This document shows, in pieces, positions 25,390 through 38,736 of a DNA stretch of 64,000 nt. The position numbers were made by a program, and so were the translations under genes. The stretch's first letter is position 1. The number at the start of each line of letters is the position of its first letter. The notes under the pieces were generated by a model. The model worked only from the letters and a program-made list of their open reading frames with translations. It made no database searches and had not been told where the DNA came from. Origin of the DNA: Octopus sinensis (lineage: Eukaryota); NCBI RefSeq assembly GCF_006345805.1, contig NC_043005.1:45632001-45696000 (forward strand). The letters are read 5' to 3'.

Positions 25390-26378
25390 TCAGAGTGAAA
25401 GGCAGATTGTTTGATGCCGGTGTGTGAACTGCTATGCTGCATGGCAGTGAAACATGTGCTATGATAGCTGAGGACATGTGTAGGCTTTAAAGAAATGAAG
25501 TTAGTATGCTTCGCTGGATGTGCAATGTCAGTGTGCATGTTAGACAAAATGTAAGCATCTTGAGAGAAAAGTTAGGCAATAGAGGCATCAAATGTGGTGT
25601 GCAAGAGAGACAACTGTGCTGGTATGGTCATGTGATGTGTATGGATGAGGACTTCTATGTGAAGAAGTGCCAATCTCTAACTGTGGAGGGAACCTGTGGT
25701 AGAGATAGACCCAGGAAGACATGGGACGAGGTGGTGAAGCATGATCTTTGAACTTTGAGCCTCCCAGAGGCAATGACTGGTGACCGAGACTTTTAGCACT
25801 GTGCTGTGCTTGAGAGGACCTGTCAAACCAAGTGCACCCGTGCTGGTGGCACATAAAGAACATCTTTTGAACGTTGTGCTTCACGGAAGCAAAGTGGCTG
25901 AGTTCCTTTTGAGTGTTGGGCCTCAGGCCTTACGGAGGCAAAGTGGTTGAGTTCCTCTCAAGCATTGAACCTGACAGAGGCAAAGTGGCTGAGCTCTTTT
26001 CAAGTGTTGGGCCTCATGGAGGCAAAGTAGCTGAGTTTCTTTCTAGTGTTGGACCTCACAGAGGCAATGATCAAGACCTTTGGCATTATGCTGTGCTTGA
26101 GAAGAAGACCCATCAAGCTAAGCAAAATCGCAGTTGTGGCAGATACCAGTGTCATGCAAATTGGCATGTAAACGCACCCAGGTGTCATGCAAATGGAACC
26201 TGTGCTAGTGGCACGTAAAAGCACCTATTACACTACCGGAGTTGTTGGTGTTAGGAAGGGCCTCCAGCCATAGAAAACCATGCCAAATCAGACTGGAGCC
26301 TTCTTGCATACCAGCCCAGTCAAACTGTCCAACCCATGCCAGCATGGGCAATGAACATTAAATGATGATGATGATGTG
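25390..26378 (+). mobile_element. RTE LINE 3' end with 3' UTR minisatellite and (GAT)n tail
   Basis: ORF 25506..25751 MLRWMCNVS...WYGHVMCMD...GRDRPRKTWDEVVKHDL; upstream LRVKGRLFD..MLHGSET. Confidence 0.9.
25885..26065 (+). repeat. 42-bp minisatellite, about 4 units
   Basis: gaggcaaagtggctgag units begin at 25885, 25934, 25976, 26018 and 26060. Confidence 0.9.
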
Positions 26379-26845
26379 ATATATATGTATATGTATGTGT
26401 GTATGTGTGTGTGTGCATGTATATGTAAATAAATAAACATATGTACATACACACACATACACACGCACATACATACACACACATATGTGCATTTGTGTTT
26501 GTCCTCCACTACTTGACAACCAGTGCTGGTTTGTTTACATTCCAATAATTTAATGGTTCGACATAAAAAGACCAATAGAATATGTAGCAGGTTTAAGTAC
26601 AGCAGTTGATTTGTTTGATTAAACCTTTCAAAGCAATGCCCCAGCATGACCACAATGCAATAACTAAAACAAATAAAAGGTAAGAAACAAGAAGAATGCT
26701 TTTATTTATTGTTGCTTTTGTTTAGTCCCAGGTTAGCCTTAATTGAATTGACTCATGGTCAATAGATATCCAAGTTGTGACAACGTAGGCTTTAATGCAT
26801 ATCAGGAATTGCTTGGTCCAATTTGGCCCATATTTTTATAAGCTG

Positions 26846-27570
26846 ATAAGGTGTCATCATCATCATCATCATTATCACTACCTTAACACCATCATCACCT
26901 CCACCAATGCCGCCACTATCACTGTCACTACCACTGTTGCCACTGCTGCTGCTGTTGATGCTGCTGCTGTTGATGCTGCTGCTGTTGATGCTGCTGCTGC
27001 CACTGCTGCTACCTCTGCTGCTGCTGCTGCTGCTACCACTACCACTGCCACCATCACTACCTTATCACCATCACCACCACCACCACCACCACCATACCAC
27101 CAGTACCATCACCATCACTACCAACAGCATCACCACTACTACTGCCACCGCCACTGCTGCTACTGCTGCTTCCATCACTACTGCTACCACCACTGCTGCC
27201 ATCATTATCACCACCATCACTACCACCGTCGCCGCCGCCACCACCACCACGACGACCACCACCACAACCAATAATGCCGCCATTACCACCATCACTACCA
27301 TCACCCCACCACCATACCACCCCCACCACTACTACCACCACCACCAATGCTATCGCCACACCCACTAATGCGACTGCTAACCCCAGTACCACCATCACCT
27401 ATGCTACCACCAATGCCACCTCCACAACCACTAATGCCATTACTACCAGCAGTACCACCACCACCATCATCGCCACCACTACCATCATTACCACTATCAC
27501 CACCACCAACACTGTCACAACCACTAATGCCACCACTAACCAACCTCCATCACTTCCACTATCATCATCA
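26846..27570. repeat. Long compound trinucleotide tract (CAT/GCT/CAC/TAC)n
   Basis: Direct reading; source of the poly-His/Thr/Ala ORFs. Confidence 0.95.
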
Positions 27571-27954
27571 TATTGCCATTTTACATCTGCATTCGTTGCT
27601 AGGCCAAGTCATTGACCAACTCAATTTATATTCAGAGTTTTACTCAAGCAATGCCTTCTGATGGATTGGGGACCATCGTTCACTGTGATCGAATTTTAGA
27701 TTAATGTCTATGACTAAATGCCCTTCTAAACACCAACTATGTCACGGAGTTTACTGGGCACATTTTATTTTATTGTGGCACCACTCCTTATGAGGTTGTC
27801 CTGTTCCAAGCATAACTAGATGATACAGTATCTCTGTTCATTCAGCTTGCACTGTACTCTGGCATGGCTACAGAGCCCTTACCATCTTATATTGTCTTCA
27901 TCCATTCAAGGTATGAAGAGTAGAAATTTGGCTGCTACGTCTAATAGGTTATGT

Positions 27955-28510
27955 AACTGGCACTCTGTTGGTTATGATGACAAGTGTTCCAGTTGATCTG
28001 ATAAACGGAACAGTCTGCTTGTGAAATTAATGTACTATTGGCTGAACACTCCACAGACACACGTACCTTTAATGTAGTTCTCAGAGAGATTCAGTGTGAC
28101 ACAGAATGTGATAAGGCAGCAAGCTGGCAGAAACGTTAGCATGCCGGGCAAAATGCTTATCGGTATTTCGTCTACCGTTACGTTCTGAGTTCAAATTCCA
28201 CCAAGGTTGACTTTGCCTTTCATCCTTTCGGGGTCAATAAATTAAGTTCCAGTTATGCACTGGGGTCGATGAAATCGACTTAATCTCTTTGTCTGTACTT
28301 GTTTGTCCCCTCTATGTTTAGCCCCTTGTGGGCAACAAAGAAATAAGAACGTGATAAGGCTGGCCCTTTGAAATACATTTACTACCCAATTTTGCCAGCT
28401 AAATGGACTGAAGCAATGTGAAATAAAGTGCCTTGCCTAAAGACACAAAGCCCCGTCGAGTATTGAACTCAAGACTTTACAATTGTGAGCTGGATACCCT
28501 AACTACTAGT
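27955..28510 (-). mobile_element. SINE family D split by a family B insertion
   Basis: Family D sequence resumes at gtgataaggctggccctttg (28351). Confidence 0.85.
28118..28345 (+). mobile_element. SINE family B with 15-bp TSD
   Basis: agaatgtgataaggc (28103-28117) / agaacgtgataaggc (28346-28360); B box gagttcaaattcc. Confidence 0.9.
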
Positions 28511-29619
28511 CTCTTCATACTAGTTTGTGTAACCTCATAAAGACTCCCTTATTGGTGCATATTTAGAGTGCAATGGAGATGACAAGTGGAAATGAAATAC
28601 AGCCTATGTTCCAGAAAATGCTTGAGTTTAAATATAATTTTTATGTTTGAAGATTTTGATGACTCTAATTAATAGCTATATTAAGATTTTGTCAGGAGCC
28701 AACAAATTCAGACTTTTTAAAACTATTTTTTGTCAGTTGATTTGTAAAAGAGGAATTATTATTAAACTTTTTTTATATTCAGAACAATCGACATTATTTG
28801 CCAAACGGATATTAAATCATGTTTTTTGTTTTGTTTTGCTTGTTTGTTTGTTTTTTTGTTTGTTTGTTATTTTTTGTTTTCAGAATTTTTTTTTTTCATG
28901 TATAATGGTTGGCATTAGGCAAACTATCTCAACCATAAAATTATCGTTTCAGACATTCATTCTGGCTCTCGCAGTAAAGCTAACAGAAGAGCTTCTGTGC
29001 AGTCACCCAATCTTATTGAAATAGCAACCAAATTTCCCTCAAATCATAACCAAGCCATCCTTGAAAAGAAAGATACATTGTAATAATGTGGTCCAAAGTG
29101 CACTGTACCAAAGAAAAAAAAAACAAAAAACAAAATGATCATTACTGAATTACCTTTTTAATTGTATGTTTGCTCAAACCAGGACTGAAATGGGGCTAAA
29201 TAACAGCAAAAACAACAACAACAGCAAAAACAACAACAACAACAACAACAGCAACAGCAGCAACAACAACAACAACAGCAACAACAACAACTATTTCATA
29301 CAATGTTTTCTACAGTTGGTATCATTTATTCTAAAAAGGAGAATAAAAGAAAAAATATCATAGATTTTGGCATCATGAGACTTTAGAATCTTCTGGGAAA
29401 CATGAAGTGATTCTTTTTTGGAATGGTTTAACATGAAGTAAATAAAGCTATATATAACAGTGTGTAAATATTGAATTAAAATCCATGGGTTTTGGATAGA
29501 AAAAGTAGTTCAATAGTAGAACATCTGCCTTGTTAACAGGTGTGAGTTCATGTCCCACAGACAGCCTTTGACTTTTTCTGTCCAAAGGTTTGTTTTTTTT
29601 AACCCGATATTTACATGCT

Positions 29620-29945
29620 ATTGGATAGAGCTTTAGGCTCACAATCATAAGGTAGTGAGTTCGATTCCTGGACCAGACTGTGTATTGTGTTCTTGGGCAA
29701 GACACTTTATTCCACATTGCTCCAGTTCACTCAGCTGCAGAAATGAGTTGTGATGTCACTGGTGCCAAGCTGTGTCAGCCTTTGCCTTTCCCTTGGATAA
29801 CATCGGTGGCATGGTGAGGGGGTACTGGTATGTATGGGCAACTGCTAATCTTCCATAAGCAACCTTGCCTAGACTTGAGCCTTGGAGGGTATCTTTCTAG
29901 GTGCAATCCCATGGTCACTCATGATCAAAGGGTGTCTTTACCCTT
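29620..29945 (+). mobile_element. CORE-like SINE with an alternative 3' body
   Basis: B box gagttcgattcc and CORE block cttgggcaagacacttt...cactcagctg, followed by a body unlike the other family D copies. Confidence 0.75.
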
Positions 29946-30838
29946 TCCCCTATTCATAGCTTTATTTGTTTCAAGTTAAACAGTTCCAAAAAAGAATTAT
30001 AGCATAGCTTTATTTAAGTTGTTGGGATCCCTCTAAGACTTCATATTCATGTTGTGAATTAAAGGCTTGCAACCTCTCTCTCCAGACTATTGACTTTGTA
30101 TGAAATTACAGACATAGTGGCCTGGCTGTTTGTCAGTTATGGCAATGAGTGTTCCAGTTGATCCAATCAAAGGAACAACCTATTCGTGAAATTAACGTGC
30201 AAGTGGCTGAGCACCCCACAGACATGTATTACCTTCAGGTAGTTCTCAGGGAGATTCAGTGTGGCACAGAATGCGACTAGACTGGACTGGCCCTTTGAAA
30301 TACAGATACAACTCATTTTTACCAGCTGAGTGGACTGGAGCAAAGTGAAATAAAGTGTCTTTCTCAAGGACACAGTATGCTATCAGGAAATGAACTCACA
30401 ACCTTATGATTGTGAGCCAAGTACCTTAACCAATAAGCCACATTGGCAAAATCTCAAACCAGACTTAAAACGTAAGTGAAATAGTTCAACCAAATCAGAA
30501 GCAAAGTACAGCTTACTGAGTGGCAGTTGCATGTGATGGTGATGGTGATAGTGGTGGTGCTGGTGGTGCTGGTGGTGGTGATGGTGCTAGTGGTGGTGGT
30601 GGTGGTGATTTTAGTGATTGTAATTATGATGTCTAAGGTTCTGCCAAAATCTCTGATGTGAGATTTTTCAGCATCTCTTCTTATTCCTTATGAGATGATT
30701 TACATGGAAAGAACATTAAACTATATTTGGTTAGAAGTTATTAATGTCTAGTAAAGGTAAAGATAACTTCGATGGAAGTTTCTTTTATCTATTACACATT
30801 GCTTTAAATTAATGGTATCTAAAACAAGAATACGTTAA

Positions 30839-31979
30839 CCATATAGCATTTAAGCAGACCTTACCTATCTACATGTTCTATGTATTTTATGTTAAAACCA
30901 GCCAGATTTGGCCTATCACACCTACCCTACAATGTCATTCTAAAAATATACAATCACATTGGTAAAATCTCAAACCTACAATATAATGCTTGATTAATTG
31001 AAAAGAGCGTGAATAAATAAGCATTACTTTGACAGAGTAATCTATGAAGGGGTACCCAAAAGAAACCGGAATTTTGCATTATTATTTTATTCCCTTAGTT
31101 TTACATGCTTACACTTTTGTTACCTTCAAACTATTATCCATTTCAAGCAATGCATCAGTCGAGACTCATTTTCCACTGTTCAAAGCAGTCCTGGAATCCT
31201 TGCAAAGTGATACTTTTTAACATCTCCATTGGTTTTTTTCTTCTCTTTTACATCTGCAAAACATTTTCCTTTTAGGACTTTTCTCATTCAGGGTAACAAA
31301 AAATAGTCACGAGGAGCAAGATCCAGCTTCCATCTGTTCTTTCAGTTCACAACACACATTCAGTTGTGACTGTTTTTGATTTTCCATGAGCAAACAAAGC
31401 ACAAATTTTGCTGCAACTTTTTTCATTCAGAATTCCTTGCTCAGAATTTGTTGACACGAGCTCCAGGACAAAGCAGTATTATCAACAAGTTCGTCAATTG
31501 TTCAACAATGGTCCTCTAAAATCAGTTCGCAAATTTTCATAATGTTTTCAATTGTTTGGGAGTGGGGTGGGTCGACGGTTGCCCTGAATGAGATTAGTCT
31601 TCAAGTGCCAAGTGACCATTCCTAAAGTGTGAAAACAACTGGTAAACTTGTGTTTTGCTCATGGCAGCATCCTTGTAAGCTGTCTGAATCCTGACAACTG
31701 TTTTGGCTGCCCTTTGCCCCAGCAGAAAACAGAATTTCACTGAAGCACACTGTTCCTTCATTTCAGCCATCGCAAAAATCAACAAACAGGGGAGAAGCAC
31801 AGCAAAACAAAGACACACTACATGGCAGTATAACTTCATCCAACGCCACCGGTCAGCAGACTGATGCTGAAGAGTTGCATCAAGTGACTTCTTGCAGTGG
31901 AAGCCTGAACTACAATGTACTTGACCCATGATGAACGTTTCCAGTTACTTTTGTGTACCTCCTTGTAAATGCTAAAAGT
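30839..31979. mobile_element. piggyBac-type MITE interrupted by a mariner
   Basis: TTAA at 30835-30838 and 31980-31983; internal sequence matches the MITE at 41753-41973. Confidence 0.75.
31045..31965 (-). mobile_element. Internally deleted mariner transposon
   Basis: 28-bp TIRs (20 of 28 match); TA at both ends; N-terminal MAEMKEQCASVKFCFLLG..AYKDAAMSKTQVYQLFSHFRNG and C-terminal APRDYF..LKGKCF...FEG remnants; no catalytic middle seen. Confidence 0.9.
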
Positions 31980-32058
31980 TTAAGCAAAGAGGTCATGTAA
32001 ATAAATCATATTTTAAGATTCTGGTTGAAAAAGTATTACATGTCATAAAATATCAGAT

Positions 32059-32108
32059 AGACAGAATCACTCAGAGACAGAATCACTCAGAGACAGAATC
32101 ACTCAGAG
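32059..32108. repeat. Perfect 16-bp tandem triplication
   Basis: agacagaatcactcag x3. Confidence 0.95.
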
Positions 32109-32719
32109 AAATTGCAAAAGATTAAATAAAGGTTAAATGGATAAGTAACTAAGAAATATAGTTGCTAATTTATGATATTTTTGTTTCACATTTTCTATAG
32201 GTATTTTATTATTTATCTGCACAGGTCACTTAATTCTTTACATTTAGAAGCCCATGCTTTGTGAGTTCATGTTCTCTGTAAGTATTTTTGAGCAGTAAAA
32301 TCTAATTAGAAATATTTTATGCAGTAACGAAAACACATTAAATTAATTAAATCAATGCAAAATCATTGTGCATCTTTATGTTCTGAGGTCAGATTCTGCC
32401 CAGGTCAACTTCGCCTTTCATCTTTTGAAGTTGATGAAATAAGTACCAGTTGCACTCTGGGGTTAATGTAATCAACTTACCTCCTCCCTTGAAATTGCTT
32501 TTCCCATGCCAAATTTGGAAACCAATATTAATTATTATTTTAATCATTTCAGCAAATATAGGAGACAACTTTGGACATGTTTCAGTCTTATTAAACACCC
32601 TTAGTATAAATTCCATTGTACATAAATAAGGATGAAAATAATCATTAATCATATTGTATAAAAATAGGTGTTAATTAATTAACATAATATATTTCTCTTT
32701 GCAGTCAGTCATTGCAACT

Positions 32720-33930
32720 ATGACTGTTCATGGCTTAGGCATAACTGTTTGTGGCTTTAGCATGACTTGACAAGCTTTCTTCATCCTGGTCAGTTCATTG
32801 CTTGTGTATGCTATTTATTACAATCAATTCCTTTCCACTTCATATTCCTTTTTTGCAGTATCTGTGAATCTCTATCTAGTTCTTCCATGGCTTCTTTTCT
32901 CCTTGCATAGTTGAGAGTAAAAGAGTTGTCAAAGAAGTCTGCTATTGTTCATCCTGTGTAAGTGTCTCAAACTACATAAATTTCTGTCAATTAGGATTTC
33001 CATCATAGAAGGCAGACCAGCATGCCACAGGATCTTGTCATTCCTGACCTTGTTAAAGAGAGTGATATTCATAATTTGTTGCAGCTGTTGCTGTTGAGCG
33101 AACGGTCTTCATCCAAGAGCTCGCAAGATGGAAGAAGTGCAAAACGTGGTCCTTTGCTATTCGTAAGACCCACAGAAGAGAAAGCGGGTCAACCCCCAAC
33201 ACCGAGAGCATCGACAGGTAGATGAATGCGCATCCAGGCTCAGCGGTTGCGAAGGAAGTCAGGGACAAGAAACAGGAAGAAAGAGCGAGAGAAAGTTGGG
33301 GGAAAGAGTACAACAGGGGTCGCCACCACCCCCTGCCGGAGCCTTGTGGAGCTATTAGGTATTTTCGCTCGATAAACACACATAACGCCCAGTTATTGGA
33401 ATCGAAACCACGATCCTCCGACTACGAGTCCGCTGCCCTAACCACTGGCCCATTGCACCTCCTGTTGCAGCTGTCTCATCGTAGGTGCATGTAACTTGTC
33501 TACATGAGCCTTATAGACTGTTCAGGTTTCAGCTCCATTCAGCTGGGAGGAAAGCACTATAACCTGGTATATCTTACATTTGACCAGTATAGAAACATGT
33601 CTGTCTTTCCACAGCCTCTCCTGTAGCTTACCAGTGACTTTTGGGGGCTAGTCATGCATTATCTAAGATGGTGCTGCCTTGGCATTTTAGTGCTTTACAC
33701 TGGATCAGCCCTTCATATTTAATCACTGAGAGGTTAATTACTGATTTATCTGTATATACCACATGATTCTTCAAGTCTTAGTTCCCTCTATTTTGATGTC
33801 TTTGTTCATTTATATTCCAAATTGTAGAATACCTTAGCTGTTGAGAACAGCTTCTGTGAATATTGGCTAGATTAGACTGGAATCATATCTTTGGCTCTTT
33901 CACCATATTATAGAAGGTGAGTTAAACATT
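32720..33930 (-). mobile_element. RTE (BovB-like) LINE 3' fragment
   Basis: Manual translation WKDRHVSILVKCKIYQVIVLSSQLNGAET*TVYK...RQLQQIMNI...KVRNDKIL...HLHRMNNSRL. Confidence 0.8.
33089..33462 (-). mobile_element. Full-length family E SINE with 12-bp TSD
   Basis: tgttgcagctgt at 33077-33088 and 33463-33474; tRNA-like head gggccagtggttaggg...ggtttcgattcc. Confidence 0.9.
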
Positions 33931-35063
33931 TCTAGTATAGAGTCCTAGAATTTGTGGATAGGTTAACTATTCATGTTTAGTTTAATATAAGTAATGAATA
34001 AGGTCGCAATCTGGCAGAATCATTAGTGTGCCATGCAAAATTCTTCATGGCATTTCACCCATCTTTATGTTCTGAGTTCAAATTCTGCTAAGTTTGACTT
34101 TACCTTTCATCCTTTTGGAGTTGATGAAATAAGTACCTGTTGAGCACTAGAGTCAATTTAATTGACTTACACCCTTCCCTAAAATTGCTGGCCTTGAACC
34201 AAAATTAGAAACCAGTACAACTAATGATATTTTTTTTATATAGCTAAAGATATTTTTTTGATATAGCTAAAGATACAGATTAAAGATAGTTTTAAAAACA
34301 AGGGGCTTCCATTTAGAGTCCTTATATTGATTCCTTACAAACAATTGGAAACAGCTGAGGCAGTAGAGTAACAAGTTAATGCATTATGATATTTAAATTC
34401 CATCCCATTTGGTTTGGAGTTCAAATCTTTCAAATACCAACTTCATTTTTTTTTTTCATCTTTCTCAACTACATTAAGTAGACGCAGTCAACTATATCAA
34501 ATTACTTCCGTACATCATGAACAAAAATCAATTTTAGCCATCTAAATGGCAAGCATTGTAGCACAAGAGTTAAGTCTACAATGGGTCAACACTGGAGATG
34601 TTCCATTTCATTTAATTTGCTAATGTCTTCAGAAAGTCATTAACAGTGCACATTCTATTTCTCCATCCTCTAAAATACAAGGTCTTTGTGCTAAAGCAAA
34701 GCAGAATGGAAGAAACATGAGAGCATTTGACTTAATAGTATTTAGCTTCCTTCCTCTTTTTCAAAATTTAAATTTTACTGAAGTTGGTTTGCTTTTCCGC
34801 AACTTAATGCCAGTAAAATAGATACCAGTCATATACTAGGATTAATTCAACTGACTATATTCAGCATCTTTTATTAGTTTGTACTCTTATGTCAAGATAA
34901 CAAAAATAAAATAAGTTAATAAGCAGTGGTACGGGTATGTAGTAGGAAGTTTGCTTCCGAACCACCTGGTTCAGGGTTCAGTCTCACTGCATGGCACCTT
35001 GAGCAAGTGTCTTTTACTATAGCCTTGTGAGTGGATTTTGTAGGTGGAAACTGAAAGAAGTTC

Positions 35064-35124
<61 letters not shown>

Positions 35125-36591
35125 CATGTGTGTACACACACATACAAATATATGTATATATATGCATGTATGTGTTGTGAGGATGATAATAATAATGGGA
35201 CACCCCTTCCACGTGATGAGTGGTATGTGCTAGTTGTTACAACTACTGTAACACCAAGCAGTCAGCGGAGGTTGGTCATAGATAGTCGTGTCTTAATTGT
35301 CTAATTAACTATGCTGCTATACCAGAGTGGATGTTATAACAGTCTGACATTAGATTACAAGAGAATGTATGTATGTACAGTATGTATGTATGTATGTATG
35401 TATGTATGTATGTATGTATGTATATATGTATGTATGTATGTATGTATACATGTGTGTGTGCATATGTGTATGTGTGTGTATGCATGTATGTATGCATGCA
35501 TTCATGCATGCAGTGTGTATATATCTGTATGTGTGTTTGTGTTTATTCCCCACCACCCAACAATGCTTGACAAGCCATAACTTAGCAATTCAGCAAAAAA
35601 GAACTGATAAAATAAGTACCAGTAATAAAAAAAAAAAAAAGAAGAAAAAAGCTGGAGTCAATTTGTTTGACTAAAACCCTTCAAGGTGGTGCACCAATGA
35701 CTGAAACAAGTAAAAGACGAAAGATAAGGGATAAAGTAAGAATTCAACATAAGGAATATGAAACTTCATCTTTACAAGATCCAAGCAATACTTTTTACAA
35801 AGCAAAAATTAGTGGGTTTTAGGAATTTCACTGACAAACCATGAGTTTCAGTCATACCATGACAAAATAAGACATTAACACTTTTCTAATTAAATACACT
35901 GCCTATGTTTCAATTAAATTTTGAAAATAATCAGCAATATGAAAGGGTTTTGAAAAATAACTTTTTCCATTAACTGGCATTCTGTTGGTTACAACAATGA
36001 GTATTTCATTTGATCTGATTGACCAAACAGCCTGCTTGTGAAATTAGCATACAAGTGGCTGAGTAATCCACAGACATGCACAGTTTTACATAGTTCTCAA
36101 GGTGATTCAGCATGACACAGTAGGTGACGAACCTTGCATTTTGAAATACGAGTACTACTTATTTTTGCCAGCTGAATGAACTGGAGCACTGTGACCAGCG
36201 ATGTATAACAACATCCAATAGTCTGGTTGATACCATGATATCTAAATTAAAAACAATCATTAGGCTGGTGTTTGGAAAAGAACAAAAAGTTCTTACATAA
36301 AATTATAATAAGAGGTTTTAATTTAAATATCATGCATACTTATGAATGTGAAGTCTGTGACCAGAGATAGCCTTGTGCAATTCAGTTTCTAAAAATCACT
36401 AATCTTATATGATACAGAAAAGGTAAGTTGGCAGAATTGTTATCGCAATCTGTGGTATTTCTTTCAGCTCTTTATGTTCTGAGTTCAAATGCTGCTGAGG
36501 TCAGCTTTGATAAAATAAAGTACCAGTCAAAATTTCCAGCCTTGTGCCAAAAACTAGCAAGAAATTTTATTAACTTTTTCTATAGGTTTTT

Positions 36592-36802
36592 TTCTTTTAT
36601 TTTTTTATTGGTTTCAGTCATTTGACTGCGGCTATGCTGGAGCACCACCTTTAGTCGAGCATATCGACCCCAGAACTTATTCTTTGTAAGCCTAGTACTT
36701 ATTCTATCGGTCTCTCTTGCCGAACTGCTAAGTGACGGGGATGTAAACACACCAGTATTGGTTGTCAAGCGATGTTGGGGGGACAAACACAGACACACAA
36801 AT

Positions 36803-36841
<39 letters not shown>

Positions 36842-37003
36842 CGACAGGCTTTTTTCAGTTTCCGTCTACCAAATCCACTCACAAGGCTTTGGTCAGCCCG
36901 AGGCTATAGTAGAAGACATTTGCCCAAGGTGCCATGCAGTGGGACTGAATCTGGAACCATGTGGTTCATAAGCAAGCTACTTACCACACAGCCACTCCTG
37001 TGC
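36592..37003 (-). mobile_element. SINE family A, full length
   Basis: Very similar to copies at 58511-58913 and 62246-62661. Confidence 0.9.
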
Positions 37004-38206
37004 TTATACAGTTATACTTTAATTTGGGCACCAGCCCATCAAGTTCACGGGGGGAGTAATTCAATTACATTGACCCCAATGCTCAATTGGTACTTAATTT
37101 ATTGACCCTGAAAAGATGAAAGGCAAAATCGACTTTGGTGGAATTTGAACTTAGAATGTAAATGACTCTCTCCAGACACAACAGAATATGCTTCAACACA
37201 CGAACTCACATAAAGAATCTTGCAAACCAAATCCAAAAGCGAAACATTAGTATTGTAGACCTATGTATTTCTAAAAAGGCTAAAATACCTTTCTTATGAG
37301 CTCTGCTTGATTGAGGTTGACCTAGGGCTAAGCAACAACCAACAAACTAGAAATATTGTTTGAAAACGGCCCATTATTTTTGTATAGTAAAGTATATGAT
37401 CTTAGATTACTTGGCAGCAAATGTGAAGGTTCATAGATATTCATAAAAGGCATACACGGTTTCATTTTTGTGACATTTACATGGAAATTTACTCGATGTG
37501 TATGTGTATATGTATATCTACATCTATATGCCTGCATTTGTATATGGTACTCATGTATGTGTGTGTGTGTGTGTGTGTAAAACTGCACTTATACAAAAAA
37601 ACAATTTGTGCCTCAATGCGTATAAATATATAAAGGTGTGTGTGTGTGTGTATGTGTGTATGACATATACATAAAATAGACACATAAAGTTGTGTCTAAT
37701 GACGTAATGCAGTAGGTATAAACAATAACTGCTCAAGTTGACTTACCACCTGAAACTCCATCTTGACTGCAACTAAAAACAAAAGCTAGCAGTGGTATTG
37801 TAGCAGCCTAGCAATGAATGGTTATAAGTAGTTTATTGTTGAGCAGGTATATGCACAGTAGAAAGAAGGCATGATTAGGCAAACAACTGATACCACTCTA
37901 GATCATAGCATTTGACCTCGCTTGTGCTGGGGTCACATAAGAAGCACTCAGTCCACACTGCAGAGAGGTAGATGTTAGGAAGGACATCTAACCATAAAAA
38001 ACCATGCCCAAACAAACAGTAAAGCATGGTGCAGTCTTCTGTCTAGCCAGCCCCTACCAAATCATCCAACCCATGACAGCATGGAAAGCAGACATTAAAT
38101 GATGATGATGATGATAATGAAACATAATTGCCAAGTTGATCCTAAGAAAGAAAGAAGTAAGAAGGTGAGCAGATAGTCTCTTACAGCTGTTTTCAGAATA
38201 TATGCA

Positions 38207-38439
38207 CAGGGTTGGCCAAAAGTCACCCGACAGCAAATAAAAATTTTATAAATACTGTCTGTAACTCTGTACTGACTTGAATGCAAAAATACATTGCTCA
38301 GGAAAGACTTCAGTTTGAACAATTTTCATGATGCTTCATATTTTGATGTTTTTATTAAATTCATTCAATTGTTAAGCATAAATAAATTTTAGAATTAAAT
38401 GGTTTTGACTTACTGTCAAGTGACTTTTGGCCAACCCTG
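38207..38439. mobile_element. 233-bp Tc1/mariner-type MITE
   Basis: Perfect 20-bp TIR cagggttggccaaaagtcac / gtgacttttggccaaccctg, extending imperfectly to about 30 bp; TA on the right, CA on the left. Confidence 0.88.
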
Positions 38440-38686
38440 TATATACACTTTTACTAGTTTCAGCTTGAGAGCTGTGGCCAAGCACAGACATGGCTATATG
38501 ATTAAGAAGTTCACCCCCAGCCACCTGGTTTCAGTACTGTGTGACACCTTGGGCAAGTGTCATCTACTATAGTCTTGAGCCAATTGAAGCCTTGTGAGTG
38601 GATTTGGTAGATAGAAACTGAAAGGCCATTGTGTGTATGTGTGTGAATGCATGTGTATGTGCATGTATTTGTGTGTATGTATGTGT

Positions 38687-38736
<50 letters not shown>

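Noticed and set aside
25885-26065. Regularly spaced repeats as a CRISPR array
   Set aside because: Contiguous degenerate tandem units without unique spacers, in a eukaryotic RTE UTR; no cas genes
26795-27661. Overlapping poly-His/Thr/Ala/Leu ORFs
   Set aside because: Stop-free trinucleotide repeat open in many frames on both strands; no splice or domain support
28647-29024. 125-aa hydrophobic ORF
   Set aside because: TTG start; driven by T-rich low-complexity sequence
33385-33462. tRNA gene
   Set aside because: A/B boxes are present but no complete acceptor stem; it is the head of a TSD-flanked SINE, as are the other tRNA-like segments in the window
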